A stretch of 64,000 nucleotides of DNA. Source: Octopus sinensis. Its lineage: Eukaryota. Below, one piece after another: positions 1 to 14,270 of this stretch. Positions within the stretch are counted from its first letter, which is position 1, and each line of letters begins with the position of its first letter. A program made the translations under genes and the position numbers. Where the stretch lies: contig NC_043021.1 in the NCBI RefSeq assembly GCF_006345805.1, forward strand, positions 24,490,001 to 24,554,000. The letters are read 5' to 3'. The notes beneath the pieces are model-generated. The model was not told the origin of the DNA and ran no database searches. It was given only the letters and a program-made list of their open reading frames with translations.

Positions 1-104
1 AGATGGATTTCGTTTTTGTATTCAGTGTACAAGATTCTTTCTGTGAAATCGTATGTTGAAGCATATTTTGTTTTGCCTGGCGAAATCATTCCGTTTTAAG
101 GCGA

Positions 105-300
105 AATATATATACGTATATATACATACATATTCCCGAACATATATACATAAACATACATATATACTAATGTATACATACACATATACATATATATATA
201 TATACTACATCAAATAATTATATACAAATATATATATATATATATATACATATACATACAAATATATACATATATATACTTATATATCTCTACATATATA

Positions 301-336
<36 letters not shown>

Positions 337-781
337 CATATATACATATATATACATATGTATATATATATTATACACATCATACATATATACACATACG
401 TATATAGAAACATACATACGTATATATATATATACGTATATATATTATATATACATATGTATATATATATAATATATATCATATATAATATACACATTTA
501 TATATATATATTATATAATATATATATTATAATATAATATATATATATATATATACGTATATATATATACGGACGTATATATACATACGTATATATATAC
601 AGTACGTATAATATATATAAGTATGTATATATATATGAATATATACATACGTATATATGTATATATATAGAAAGAGAGAGAGATACGTATATATATATAT
701 ATATGTATATATATGTGTATATATATATTATATATATATATATATATATAATATAATATGTAATGTTTATATATATGCATG

Positions 782-818
<37 letters not shown>

Positions 819-962
819 GTAGTTATATACATACGTATATATATATATATATATACATACGTATATATATATACGTACGTATATTACATACATACATACG
901 TACACTTACATACGTATATATATATATAATATATATATACGTATGTATATATATATATACGT

Positions 963-1007
<45 letters not shown>

Positions 1008-1090
1008 ACGTTTATACATAAATGCGTATATACATACATGCGTACATGTATGCATACATACATACATACATACATGCATACATACATACA
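105..1090. repeat. Compound (TA)n/(TACA)n microsatellite
   Basis: Degenerate TA and TACA runs; the ORF-track YI-repeat proteins here are artefacts. Confidence 0.95.
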
Positions 1091-1092
1091 CT

Positions 1093-1428
1093 TTCCTTTT
1101 CTCTGGTTCTGAATTTTCGCAGCATCCATCGAGCCAGTCATCTGCACTTTGTCGCCATCCTGGTAATGTGCACTTGGAAAGAAGTATCATCACTCATGTC
1201 GATACCCAGGTCCCTCACCGATTCTGGCTCTAGGATTGAAATTCCCTGTGGACCAGCGTACCTTGTAAGTTTCATGTTCAGTTTTGGGCTTGGAATTTTT
1301 GTGCATTCAACGGCATAGTATTATCCTCAGCCGATCTGTAAATTGAGTCCAACTCCTGCTGCAAATGATCAACATCGCTGAGATTCTGTATTTTCTGCGA
1401 GATTGTCGTATAGTCTGCGTAGCGAGTA
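1093..1428 (-). mobile_element. CR1/L2-type LINE reverse-transcriptase fragment (decayed)
   Basis: Minus strand reads YADYTTISQKIQNLSDVDHLQQELDSIYR...LNAQKFQ...VRDLGIDMSDDTSFQVHI...KFRTRE, matching YADD and downstream RT motifs, with frameshift/stops. Confidence 0.8.
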
Positions 1429-1431
1429 AGT

Positions 1432-1875
1432 GTGGCTATCCAGGCTGTTGAGGGCATTTTATCTGATCAAATTCATCCTATGTTTGCGGAACTGTTTCCA
1501 GAGGGAAATGCAATCTTTCAGGATGATAATGCACCAATTAACACAGCAAAAGCTTTTACTGAATGACACGAGGAACATTCTAGTGAAGTTACCTTATCTG
1601 GCCACCACAGAACCCCAGATCTCAATATTATTGAACATTTATGGTGAATTTTAGAAAAACAAGTAAGAAGTCGATATCCTCTACTGTCATCACTACAAGA
1701 GAAGGAGTCTGTTTTAGCTGAAGAATGAACAAAAATTCCATTGGAAGCAATTCAAACTTTGTACGAGTCCATATGTCGTAGAATTCAAGCAGTAATTACT
1801 ACTAAAGGCGATCCTACCCCATATTAAAATAAATTTGAAGTTTTAAGGTGTTTCCATTATTTTGTCCAACCCCCG
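1432..1875 (+). mobile_element. Tc1/mariner transposase 3' remnant with right TIR
   Basis: FQDDNAP...WPPQNPDLNIIEHLW...RRIQAVITTKGDPTPY* (stop 1825-1827; internal stops), followed by TIR-like ggtgtttccattattttgtccaacccc at 1847-1874. Confidence 0.88.
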
Positions 1876-1910
1876 TGGTGTGTGTGTGTGTATTATATAG
1901 CTAAATATTA

Positions 1911-1980
1911 ATATATAGCTAAGTACTATATATAGCTAAGTACTATATATAGCTAAGTACTATATATAGCTAAGTACTAT
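1911..1980. repeat. 17-bp minisatellite (atatatagctaagtact) x ~4
   Basis: Tandem copies seen directly. Confidence 0.85.
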
Positions 1981-2344
1981 AATATAGAGAGAGTATCTAG
2001 TGTATATGGATGGGTATTGGGCAGAAAGGCTCGACGTGTGTAATCCTTCGATGTCTGGTGACAAGGGCAGTCAGGCATAACATCATGGTCAGATTCAGCT
2101 CTTTTGACCTTATGCCTGCCAGCGTTTAGACACATGCACACACACACACAAACTCATGTGTACCTGTGCGTGCTTGCCTGTATACATTCAGGCACAGAGG
2201 TGCGTGCGCCCACTCGCACACACATACCCACAGACATAGGTCGTCTTGTCAATAGGCACAGGCATCCATTCATAGGCATCCGTATACATATTGGTGTCAC
2301 TCTGCTCAAGTACACGTATGTATATATGTGTGTGTGTGCGTGTG

Positions 2345-2377
<33 letters not shown>

Positions 2378-2799
2378 TTTCATATTTATATTCATACATG
2401 CACAGGTATGTGCACGCACGCGTGCACACAAACACATATGTTCAGCCAGGGGGCATTTCTGAAGCCCAAATTGCATTTTGTTGTCTCTTAGTCGTATGTC
2501 CTGGTGGCTATTCAAACGTCTCTAGACGTACAATACAGCAGCGTATTGTGATTGTTGTCACACGCTGGGCCTTCGTGCGGTACCTGGTATTTTGACATTA
2601 GATATAAACCCATAAACATCAGTCTAGGTCCAGCTATTGTGTGCTTAAGGAGTCCGCTTCGCAACCAAATGGTTTGTGGTTCAGTCCTATGGCGCAGCTC
2701 TTTAAACAAATCTGTTCCACTGTACCTCCGGGTAGAACACTGCTTTCTAAGTACATAGGCCAGAAAAAAAAAAACAGTATGGAAGTTCGTTGTATATAA

Positions 2800-3105
2800 C
2801 TTTATGTATAAAGTAAAAAGGTGATGAATGACCGTGGGAGTGCATCTAGAAAGTTCCTCTCCGGGGCACAAGTCTGGGCAAGGTTGTTTTATGGAAGAGC
2901 AGCAGTCGCCCATGCACACCGGCCTCCCCCGTCCTCCACGCCACCGATGTTATCCAAAGGAAAGATGAAGGCTGATAGAGTCGCAACTCATTTCTACAGC
3001 CGAGTGAACTGGAGCAACGTGAAAGAACACAACACACAGCCCGTCCCGGGAATTGAAATTACTACCTCGTGGTTGTAAACACGACGCTCTAACCACTGAG
3101 CCGCA
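2800..3105 (-). mobile_element. tRNA-derived SINE (separate family)
   Basis: Minus strand head gcggctcagtggttagagcgtc...ttcaattccc (A/B-box-like), then ttgctccagttcactc body. Confidence 0.65.
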
Positions 3106-4252
3106 TATACAATGTGTGTGTTATTTGTATATTTGTGTATGTCTTTGTTTTCGTCCCCACCACCACCACCACCACCGCCACTTGACAACCGGTGCTGGTT
3201 TCTTTATATCCTCATAACCACGCGGATAGAATAACAAACAGGTTTTTTTTAAAATTAAATACTAAGGGATCATATTTCGACTAAACCGATCGAGACGGTG
3301 CCCCAGCATGACCACAATGCAGTGATTAAAACAAGTAATGGGTTAAAGGCAATAAGGCTTCACTTCTTGAAGATTCATTGATGAGTTTGAAGATAAAACA
3401 ACGAAGTGGTCCCATCCTTAAAGAATTGCAAAAACGATAAAAAAAAACGCTTTGTCTGCTATTTGTTCCGGCACTTTACATATCGCGTTCAAATTCCACC
3501 GGGATCAACTTATCTTTTCATCCTCCCGTGGTCGATAAAATAAATTTCGAGTCATCTACTAAATTCGATGGAATCAACTAACCCCCTCCCCTTAAAATTT
3601 ACTCTTCTTCTGCCTTAATTAGGAACCAATATTAAATCCGAGGACAGTTTATAAACAGATTCTATCGGAACTCTGAAAATCTGGAAGAATTCAAAAGAGA
3701 ACTTAATGTTTTTCCGGTTCTGTTCGACGCCCACCTCGAACACTCGGAATTCTTCGCTACTATTACAAATAAGTGGCATAACGCCAAAGTAAGAATATAG
3801 TCTTATTTCTCTATGGAATAATGGTTAATATTCATTCCCAACACAACAACAAACTTACATATTTTGTGGCAAACCTACAGGCTATCATTGCCTCCTCTGG
3901 TACATCACGGGGACTTTAGGTGTGTGTGTGAGGGGGGGTGGGGGTTATCGGACCGCGGATAGATGAGAAGCAAAGTCTATTTAGGCGTGATTCCAATTGG
4001 GAGAAGGCATTTGCTCTCAGACCTCTACATACACCCGCTGGTTTGTGCAACAGGGTGTATTCTATTAACCGTACCCACAAAGACCAGATGGTGCTGTTCA
4101 AACGAAATGGTCTAAAAATATCAAGTTTTTATTTTAAACTAAAGAATTTAGATGGTTCTTAGAGATATGTTCCTCAAGAGAATTACCAAGACAAGTATAC
4201 ACATGCGCTCATACACACACACACACACACATTTATATATAATATATATATC

Positions 4253-4288
<36 letters not shown>

Positions 4289-4450
4289 TACACACACAAA
4301 TGTATATATATGCACAAATGTATATACACATACATACGGTTACATACATATACTGAAACGGGTACGTATATATAAATATGTATGTGTGCATGTGTGTTTA
4401 TATATGAATGCAAACACACACACGTGTATATATATATATGTGGTTGTGTG

Positions 4451-4508
<58 letters not shown>

Positions 4509-4929
4509 ATGTATGTATATATACAGAAGAATTGCTTTTCATGTGTCTTTACTTTCACATTCCTCACATCTAACAGTCAAATCCCCGTTGGCTCCAACTT
4601 CTTCTGGCCTCATCGTTTCGAAAAGCAAAATGTTGGCACATTCTTCAGTTTCTGCCGATGCTTTTCTTGGACGATTATCTTGCTGGAACAATCTCTATAA
4701 ATAATCTCCATGTATCTTCTGAAATGAAATCTTTTTTCTTTTCTTTTTTCTCTCAAAGAAGTCATTAACACATGTGGTATTCGTTATTAATGGAGAAATT
4801 CGTCTTTATTCATTTAGTTTAAAGCCTTTTATCTCTTTCTACTTCCCATACTTGCACACACTCACACGCACGCACGCATCACGTTGGTGAACAGTAGCGT
4901 CGTCTCATATTGGTTACCAGTTCTGGGAT

Positions 4930-5280
4930 GGAAGCACTCCGAATCAACGGAACAGCCTGCTCGTGAAATTAACGTGTAAGTGGCTGAGCACTCCACAGAC
5001 ACGTGTACCCTTAACGTAGTTCTCGGGGATATTCAGCGTGACACAGAGAGTGACAAGGCCGGCCCCTTGAAATACAGGTACAACAGAAACAGGAAGTAAG
5101 AGTGAGAGAAAGTTGTGGTGAAAGAGTACAGCAGGGATCACCACCATCCCCTGCCGGAGCCTCGTAGAGCTTTAGGTGTTTTCGCTCAATAAACACTCAC
5201 AACGCCCGGTCTGGGAATCGAAACCGCGATCATATGACCGCGAGTCCGCTGCCCTAACCACTGGGCCATTGCGCCTCCAC
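4930..5280 (-). mobile_element. tRNA-derived SINE, family B
   Basis: Head ggaggcgcaatggcccagtggttagggcagcgg...ggtttcgattccc; near-identical to the copy at 31266-31632. Confidence 0.9.
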
Positions 5281-6183
5281 AAATCAGACGAAACGCCGCA
5301 CTGTAGTTTGCCTGGAGTGCTAATGATTCAGCCAGCCCATCGCCTTTACCAGTTCTATCATATCTACGGCGATGAGTCTGCGTGACCAGGGGCAGAAGAA
5401 TAACTGCAAGTGTCTGAGATCAAAAAGTTATGAGTCCGTTGTTTTCTTTTGGTCGTCTTTTGGTTCTTGTTTTTTTCTTCTCTTTGACGCTTCCATCGAC
5501 GTGAAAGAAATGCTCACGCATCAACTATGCAAGGCTGAGTGCACCTATGCACATGAGCGCACCAACATAAACGTACGTGTGAGCACAAACACACACACAC
5601 ACACACACACAAACATATCCTTAATCTGTTTGCTTGTTTTACTCGTTTGATGGCCGCCATGCTGGAGCACAGCATTTAAAGGATTTAGTCAAACCTAACA
5701 ATCCCAGAAGATTTCATTGACGCTAGGGTACGTAGACGTAAACAAACGAACACCGATCGTCTGTTAGGGAGCAATCAAACACAGCACAAGAAAAAAGACA
5801 CTGCGATGGCCGAGTGAAAGGTGGTGGAGGAGTGTCTGCTTTGGTCTGTGTTATTATAAAGGAAATGCTTGTCAAAGTTAACATCATGAGTGGAGCGCGA
5901 ACCTGAAACCCCTGTCTCCCTTAAGACACAAACATCTTAACCACACACCCTCCTCATACCTGGATTCCATCAATTCTATTTAGTACCAGCCAATAGAATT
6001 ATGATGTGTTCTGCACCATGTTATGTCATTTCACATAATACTTTCAAATAAATATTTTATAATACCAATGACAATGTCATACAGCTTTCTATGGTTTCAT
6101 TTTGGGTTGTTTTTTTTTGGTATTTTTTATTTTACTCCCTTGTATTACCTGTATATATCGAACACAACTGGCACTACAACTAG

Positions 6184-6226
<43 letters not shown>

Positions 6227-6629
6227 CCCCTCCCACTTGTTCATTTCGTTTCTCTACCTTAATAAAAGATTATGTTTTCCTGTAATGCCTGCTTCAATAT
6301 ATAAAGATACGTAGCCTTTTTGTTTTCTTCTGTTTTTACGTATAAGCGAGGAAACATTGCTAATGTTCTACGTGGTTCCTGCAAGTAGTTTCTTTTTTTG
6401 CAGTTATATTTTTGATTTATATTGTTCGTTCCTGTATTTTCTGTTATTCTTTTCCTCATCATCGTCATTATTGTTATCATTTTCCGTCATCATCATCATC
6501 ATTTTTATCATCATTTATCGACTGCATCCCCCAATTGCGTCGGGCGTATTGAAGGCCGCGCTGGGTAATCTCATTAATTATAGAGAATTATGTGACATTC
6601 GCTCCTTGTTCCTCACAGGAATACTAACA

Positions 6630-7349
6630 TAGTAGAATATATATATAAATACATGTGCACATATATGTGTGTATGTATATATAAATGCATGTATATAGTA
6701 TGTATATATAATATATATATATATATATATAATATATATAATATACATAAAGACCTGTATTATATATATATTATATATATATAATACATAAATACATGTT
6801 TATATATATGTAAATACATGTATATATATGTATTATATATATATAATACATACATATATATATATATATAAATACATGTATGAGATATAGATAAATACAT
6901 GTATATATATATATAAATACATGTAATATATTAAATATGTATTATATATATTATAATATATATATATATATATATAATATTATATATATATATATATACA
7001 TAAATACATGTATATATATATAAATATATGTACATATATATATATATGTATAGTATATATTATATATATATACATATATAATATATATATGTATATATAT
7101 ATTATATATATATACATATATACATAAATACATGTATATATATAAAATATATTATATATATACACACTATAATACATGTATATGTATATATAATAATATA
7201 TGTATATATATTTATAAAATATATATATATGTATAGATATATATATATAGACAGAGAGATAGATAGATAGATATAGATATATATATATATACATAAATGA
7301 TGTATATATATATATAATATATATGTATGTATATATATATATATATATG

Positions 7350-7399
<50 letters not shown>

Positions 7400-7408
7400 T
7401 ATATACAT
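6630..7408. repeat. (TA)n-rich compound microsatellite
   Basis: Seen directly. Confidence 0.95.
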
Positions 7409-7489
7409 TCTCTCTTTTACTTGTTTCAGTCATTTAACTGCAGCCATGCTGGATCACCGCCGTTAATCGAGCAATTTTTTGTCCTCAGC

Positions 7490-7600
7490 CTTTTCTGTCG
7501 AAGAGCATAGGCTCGAAATGTCAAAGACATCCCCATTCTTCCCGGGTGTCAAACTTGTTGTTCCCTCGCCTGTCTTCGTCTTCTGCTTTGCTTCACACAC
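7490..7600 (+). mobile_element. Penelope-like terminal-repeat fragment with variant minimal hammerhead motif
   Basis: ctttt CTGTCGA A GAGC atag GCTC GAAA t GTC aaag; homologous to reverse complement of 25530-25630. Confidence 0.5.
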
Positions 7601-8360
7601 ACACACCGCTTTCCTGCCGAGCCGACATATATGTTCGGCTATTTAACCAGTCAGAATTAACTGTAGAAATACAATAGTAACAACACCATACGAGCTGTTG
7701 ACAGCTCGTCTCTTTTTTTTTTTTTTTTGTCTTTGAGCTTCACAATCATACTTACTGCTTTCTTTTTCACAATCTACGGGAACTACACGCTCGCCCCACC
7801 ATCAATTACTTCGGCAATAGGAAGTTTTCCCATGAGGGAAATACCAAATTCACCGCACCTTTTTTCTTCCAATCCCATAAAGAAAATCGTAATAGCCTTC
7901 CATATATCGCTTTTTCCTTTTCCGTCTCTCTATCGCTCTGTGACTCTTTATCAATTACCCTCTCTTTAATCCCTCCCTTTGCTGCTCTTTCTATCCTCTC
8001 CATCTATCCCTTTATTACGTCACACAGTTGCACATGTTGCATCAGCCACCATTTTGACATGTTCACATACTTCCATCAGCGGTGTGGCCTTAATCCTCCT
8101 CTTAAATATTCCATCCACCATCTCTAATTCATCTTGTCTGAATTGAATCACAAACAACATAAAACCTGCCTCAAGACTCCATATATTATTGGACAATTCG
8201 GTCAAACCATTCTATTCAACCAATTTACTTTTGTTTCGCTCTTTATTTATTTTCTGTCGCAAATAGCACAAATCCAATACTATACCTGCCTGTTCAAGAT
8301 GAATACTTACGTGTATGTGCGTGTGAGTGTATATATTGATACATACATGCAATATATATG

Positions 8361-8391
<31 letters not shown>

Positions 8392-9344
8392 ATATATATA
8401 CATATACATACATACTTATATATACAAACACATACAGACATATATACATATATATATATACATACATATATATATATACATTTACATACAATACATATAT
8501 ACAAATACATACATATATACAAATACATACATACATATATATATATATATTATATATTATATATATATATATATACATACATACATAATCATATACACAT
8601 ACATCATACATACTATACACGTAAGTACTCTCTCTCACACACACAGATATAGACAGAATGTGTGTGTTTGAGAGAGAGTGAGAAAGAGAGAGAGAGAGAA
8701 ACTCTATTCAGTGGAGCGCCATATGATTTCCCCAGCCGCTCTCATCTACATTTCTTTTCATACAGAATATCGAAATGTTTCTTAAAACCATATTTTGATC
8801 CATTTCTTTTCTATTAATGGTTTTATTATACCAAAGTAGTTGTTAGGAATTTATCTATCTGATTCCAATCAGAAATGTCAATCTGCGTAGCGGGGCCGTT
8901 CAGCTTCTCAGTAAATATTCTCCTAAGCAATTTCTGCATGTTGTTCAGGTAAAGCGACCGCTCTAGAGAGTGTTCGTTCTCTTCATTTATTTTCTTCAAC
9001 TGAAAAGGCTGAATACTCCGGTAAAGCATTATTATTGATATTATTTGCGATGTGGCTCAAGGAGGAATAAAAATATAAATAAAAATAAAACAAGAAAGCG
9101 TTCAGCATACTAAGTACAAACATGACAGAGTCTCTTATATATCAGATGTAATATAGTGAGTTGTAAAACGTCGGTCAACTGAGATTAGTCAAACAATAAA
9201 TAGATTTTTAAAACAAAGGCGCTCTCTCGAGTAGTATTGAACCTATGAAAACAATATTGAGATCGATTGAACGATTTATTTGGATAATAAAGACATACAG
9301 TTTGGCATTAATTTAGTCCTTGTCTTTAAAAGCAACTAACGAAA

Positions 9345-9385
9345 GCGTGCAACATGTTTCCCTTTGATTAGACCTCCTCAGTGAT
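9345..9385 (-). ncRNA. Degenerate minimal hammerhead-like motif
   Basis: Minus strand CTGAGGA...GAAAC AT GT T with palindromic stem III; stems I and II are disrupted. Confidence 0.3.
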
Positions 9386-10602
9386 GTATATGGAAATAGA
9401 GAACTTCAATTTAGTTTTAACTGTGTTCTAAGCAAAAAAATGAATGATGAGATGAATAGGGGGTCTGCTGAGTGAGGCTCAGCAGCAACGATGCCCCATG
9501 GATTACCCATAGCCTATTTGTTGAATGTAAACTAGAAGCACTAAACAAATCACAACGGAATAGAATGCATTGATTAACAAGTTATTGTGGATGGGATTGT
9601 TTAGCCTTATATTGGCCCTGATAAAGAAGACTTAACGCCAAAGACTCTTCAGTCGTGACCAACACTTCGTTTATTATATACAGGTGTTCTTCCCTTTATA
9701 GACTGATTTGAGGAATATTTGGTTGTAATTTTTAGCAGGATGAATATTTGCTTAACGCTTCCTCGTTTAATCCTGAACCAGAAAGTAGCGTATTGGGAAG
9801 TGAAGCTTTGATAAAATAATCACATTGTTATATTTTAAACCGTTTTATGTCTGTAGCAAAAACGTAAGGACATCGTCTCAGAAGTGTCAGCAGCATCCAA
9901 ATGGGGCTTGGGGTTGCATCATATATGAATCCAGCAACTATTCAAATAAGAAAATAGTCTCTGACTGCGATTAGAAAGCCTAGTCTTTTAGATCAAGCGT
10001 CAGATTTGTTTCTTAATCCTCGCTCACAGACTATGAGACCATCCTGCGGTCCGTGAAGGGATGCGTTAGCTGTATATTCCGTGTATATTTGCAATAACTG
10101 TTGTGTCGTCAATGAAAAACGAAATTGCAATGGTAAAGAAGGAAGCTTTCAAAGCCTTTGTAAATGTAAGTTGCGCACGGTTTGCGATAGCGAGCTACGT
10201 TGCGCACGGTTAGTTACCGCTTGTATGCGAATAGTCACTGAGAGGGAATAATTGATCGCATCCTCACTGTAGTGTGTGTATACGTGCGTATGCGTGTGTG
10301 TTTGGAACATCATTAATGTACTGGAGAAATAATGCGGGTTATGGTCAGATGATGAGAGAGACAAACGTTGATAAAATGGGAACCGAAGAGAATCTGACGA
10401 GAAAATTTCAAATTGAAGAGAGAAGAGAAGGGAGCAGATAAAGTAAAGACGTAAATATTACTGGTACGAAATACACTTTTACTTTCTTCGAAAATCTCGA
10501 GAGAGGGAGAGAGAGAGGGGGAGACAGACAGGCAGGCAGGCAAGCAGGCAAGCAGACAGACAGATAGACAGACATCTCGTTTCTTTCTCTCTTGAGATTA
10601 CT

Positions 10603-10833
10603 TATTTCTTTATTACCTACAAGGAGCTAAACATAGAGAGGACAAACAAGGACAGACATAGGTATTAAGTCAATTACATCGACCCCAGTGCGTAACTGGT
10701 ACTTAATTTATCGACCCCGAAAGGATGAAAGGCAAAGTCGACCTCGGCGGAATTTGAACTCACAACGTAACGGCAGCCGAAATACCGCGAAGCATTTCGC
10801 CGACGCGCTAACGTTTCTGCCAGCTCGCCGCCC
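10603..10833 (-). mobile_element. SINE family A (tail variant 1) with probable TSD
   Basis: Head ggcggcgagctggcagaaacgttagc, B-box gagttcaaattcc, tail ...gtaataaagaaat; flanked by ct(t/a)gagattact on both sides. Confidence 0.9.
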
Positions 10834-11685
10834 CTAGAGATTACTGACGGCTACGCAAGGTTGAGAAAGATTGAAAATGATAAACAAAAGAAATTAAGTT
10901 TGCGATTATTTCCCTGATTGTTGGAGCTGGTGGAGGACACACAGACATGTGTTCCTCTAATATAGGATCTAAAAGTAGAGACTATTAGGGTTGATGTAAA
11001 CATGGCTTTGCAATTATGTGCGTTTCGAATTTCATTGTGCGTCACCTTGGGCAAGACTTTTCAACTATAGCCCTAGGCCGACCAAAGCCTTTGTGAGTGA
11101 ATTTGGTTAACGGAAACTGAGTGGAATCCCGCTGTATACATGTGTGTGTACGCATATATATATATGTATGTGTTTGCCTCCATTCCAGTCTGCTTGTTTG
11201 TGCATTTAATTCCGCGGTTCGGAAAAAGACCTACAAAACAATCGCCTGACATTCGTCCTGCGATTGACGTGTTCGACTAAACCCTTTCAGTTGGTGCCCC
11301 AGCATGGCCCCACTTCAATGATTGGAACACAAGATTTTTAAAAAATGGAAGAAAACAATGAATTAGGAAAAGCATATTCGTGGGTGAGGGGGGGTAGCAG
11401 CATTCGAACTGGTTGTGGCTGGGTTCAAAGTTTTCACATTTGTCAACTGGACGCCTGGTCGGGTAGCATTATCTTTTACTTTTTTCAATCAGTAGAGTGC
11501 GACCATGCTGGGGCACCGCCTTGAAGAATTTTAGTCGAACGACTTTTTTAAAACCTGGTAGTTATTCTGTCGAGATTTTTTGCCGAACTGCTACGTACAG
11601 GGATGCAAACACTCCAACACCGCTTGGCAAGTGGTTGTGGGGCACAAATACAAATACATCTAGCCACACACACACACACCACACA

Positions 11686-11847
11686 TGACAGGATTCTCTC
11701 AATTTTCGTCTACCAAATCTACTCACAAGGCTTTGGCCGACCCGGGGCTATAGTTGAAGATACTTGCCCAAGGTGCCATGCAGTGGGACTGAACCTGGAA
11801 CCATGTGACTGAGATGGCGATCTTCTTACCACATGGCCACGCTTGCG
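11686..11847 (-). mobile_element. tRNA-derived SINE, family C
   Basis: gtggtaagaag...ggttcagtccc...cttgggcaag...gccaaagccttgtgag; homologous to 26279-26425. Confidence 0.8.
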
Positions 11848-13284
11848 TTTATATATTTTTTTCTCTAGTTTTAGCTCAGAGCTGCGGCCATGCTGATGCA
11901 CCGCCGTTAAATCTTATGGAAAATCACATTTTCTGTTGACACCACGCTCGGTACATTCGTCAATAAGTGGTATCCGTGTCAGTGTATAGATGTATTATCG
12001 CTTTGTTATTATTGTTGTTATTATTGTTGTTATGACTCTGTATTGTTGTTGGTGTTGTGCAGTTATTCAATGACGTTGAATGGAGTCTGTTTCCGCTTTG
12101 ACATTAGAAATAAAATTATCATAATTTAGGTAATATAAAATCACATCTGGATATTACAGAAAATACATGAATAAGTTGTTGATAAGAATGAACTGAGTTA
12201 TGTGATAGCTTGAAAGGGAAGTGGCCTCCTTGATACAAACCCTAATCAGACCCTTGGTGCATATAACGGGGAAGCAGAACAACTTTGTAAATATCCAGAT
12301 TAAATTTGCAACCAGTTGAGAATTTCTTTAGTTCGATCCTACGAGATAGTTCATAGGCTGACACTCTGGTAGAAATAGCAATCAAATATTCCTCATTGTA
12401 TGATACAGTCCTGAATTCCCTACACACAGGAAAAGAACGAGATGGTCACGAGTAGAATGCTTTTAATCATAATTCTGTTCACTTGGAATTGACCAAGAGT
12501 TAAACAAAAGGCTATAACAAACCGCGAAATGGTCAAAAGTATAAAATGTAAAAATAAATTTGAAATCATGCTATTTCACTCAGATTAGATTTAAATTAAG
12601 TTTAAATTTACTCTAAGGATTTTAAATTAAAGGTTTTATGACGACAATAATTTTATTAAAAATGAATTTACTCCTAATTTTTATGAAGTTATTAATATGA
12701 TGTTTTGAAATATTTAAGCAGTGAAAATAGTCCATACAGAAGAGTGTTGCTTAACACCTTGAAAGTATTTCGTTACACGCTTGGGAAAACATTTCATACA
12801 CGCTTGGGAGAGGCATGAAAATTTCAACATCTCCAGCTTCAGTTAATTACATATATAAAACATTATATAATGTAATGTCAAACCGAAAAACAAGAAGCCC
12901 ATAATACACAATTGATAATGCTATTAAAGTTTTGAATATTATTAGCTAGTTTAATCGTAGTCATAGAGTAATATATTGCTTGCAATAATGTTTATAGTAA
13001 GACAATTAATATTTGCTGATATCGATTTCATATACGCAGCAACGAAATCAATGATCAGATGTCTAGAATTAAATAAACAATAAATATACAGAATGAAATG
13101 GCTACGACACCCAGATTAACAGAAGCAAAACCTCTACAGACTACTGTCGGCGGAACCGTAAAATAAAATCATGTTGTGCTGGTATTGCTGCTGCTTGTAC
13201 CTAATCAATAAGTTTTTAAATCTACTAAATAAGTTTATTGTTGTCGATGTTACTATTCCTGCTATGGTGGTTGTTGTTGTTATT

Positions 13285-13745
13285 AGGCGAACTTAAAGAA
13301 TTGTTAGCACGCCGGACAAAATACTTAGCGGCATTTCGTCTATCCGTTCAAATGCCACCCGTGGTCATCTTTGCCTTTCATGCTTTCGAGGTCGATAAAT
13401 TAAGTACCAGTTGTGTACTGGGACCTATGTAATCGACTTACTCCCTCGCTCTGAATTGCTGGTATTATGCCAAAATTTGAACCCATGGTTGCTGTTGTTG
13501 TTGTTGTGGCTGTTGTTATTGTTGTTGTTGTTGTTAGGTGGCCAACAGGCGGGATCGTTAGAGCATCAGAAAAAATGCTCTGTGACAAGCGCTGCGGTTT
13601 TTTTGCGTTCTGAGTTCAAATCCCGCTGAGGTCAGGTTTACCTTTCATCCTTTCGGAGTTCATAAAGTAAAGAGGCCGATCTAAGCAACTCACTTCTTCC
13701 CTCTAAACTTACTTGCCTCTTGCCAAAATATGAAACAGTTATCAT
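13285..13745 (+). mobile_element. Two tandem decayed SINE family A copies separated by (TTG)n
   Basis: Both show gttcaaat B-box and tttcatcctttcgg body. Confidence 0.75.
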
Positions 13746-14165
13746 AGGTGTTTAGTATTGTTTTAGATCTGACCGAGGAGACCTTTACCTAAAGGCATTC
13801 CAGCTGTGACCATCCCGTTTTCAAAACATATACAACCACACCATTTAATCTCTCACTTCAATTTTAAAAGAGAGCAAGGGAGTTGGTTCGAGTGTGAATA
13901 GGCTGCTATATCGGGGAAGCTACAGAGAGTACTCGATATATCATGACCCTCACTTTTCACTGGATTGTCTTCTTTAGTGTGTGGCAGAAGATCTTCTGAA
14001 AGGTGGGACAAACTGAATACGAACGGATTATAAAAACGCAACAATAAAAAATAGTTTCTTAAAAATAGTTTCGTAGTTTTCTTATCTAATGACAGATAGA
14101 GTATAAATTATTGCTTTATATAAAACATTATTACTCATAACATACAGAAATAGCCACAACACTAT

Positions 14166-14210
<45 letters not shown>

Positions 14211-14236
14211 ACACACACACACACACACACATACAC

Positions 14237-14270
<34 letters not shown>

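Noticed and set aside
3640-3790. Plus-strand frame FINRFYRNSENLEEFKRE...AK|gtaaga
   Set aside because: The donor is good, but the acceptor is weak and SINE-derived, and I recognise no homology.
5210-5280. tRNA gene at SINE heads (also 31266, 22406, 29572, 37524)
   Set aside because: A/B boxes are present but each continues into a SINE body; there is no complete cloverleaf or poly-T terminator.
12242-12427. Minus-strand ORF with a very strong polypyrimidine acceptor
   Set aside because: Both the tract and the atttg(g/a)(c/t)tgctatttct motif belong to a dispersed repeat also seen near 9700, 13890, 52890, 53085 and 53395.
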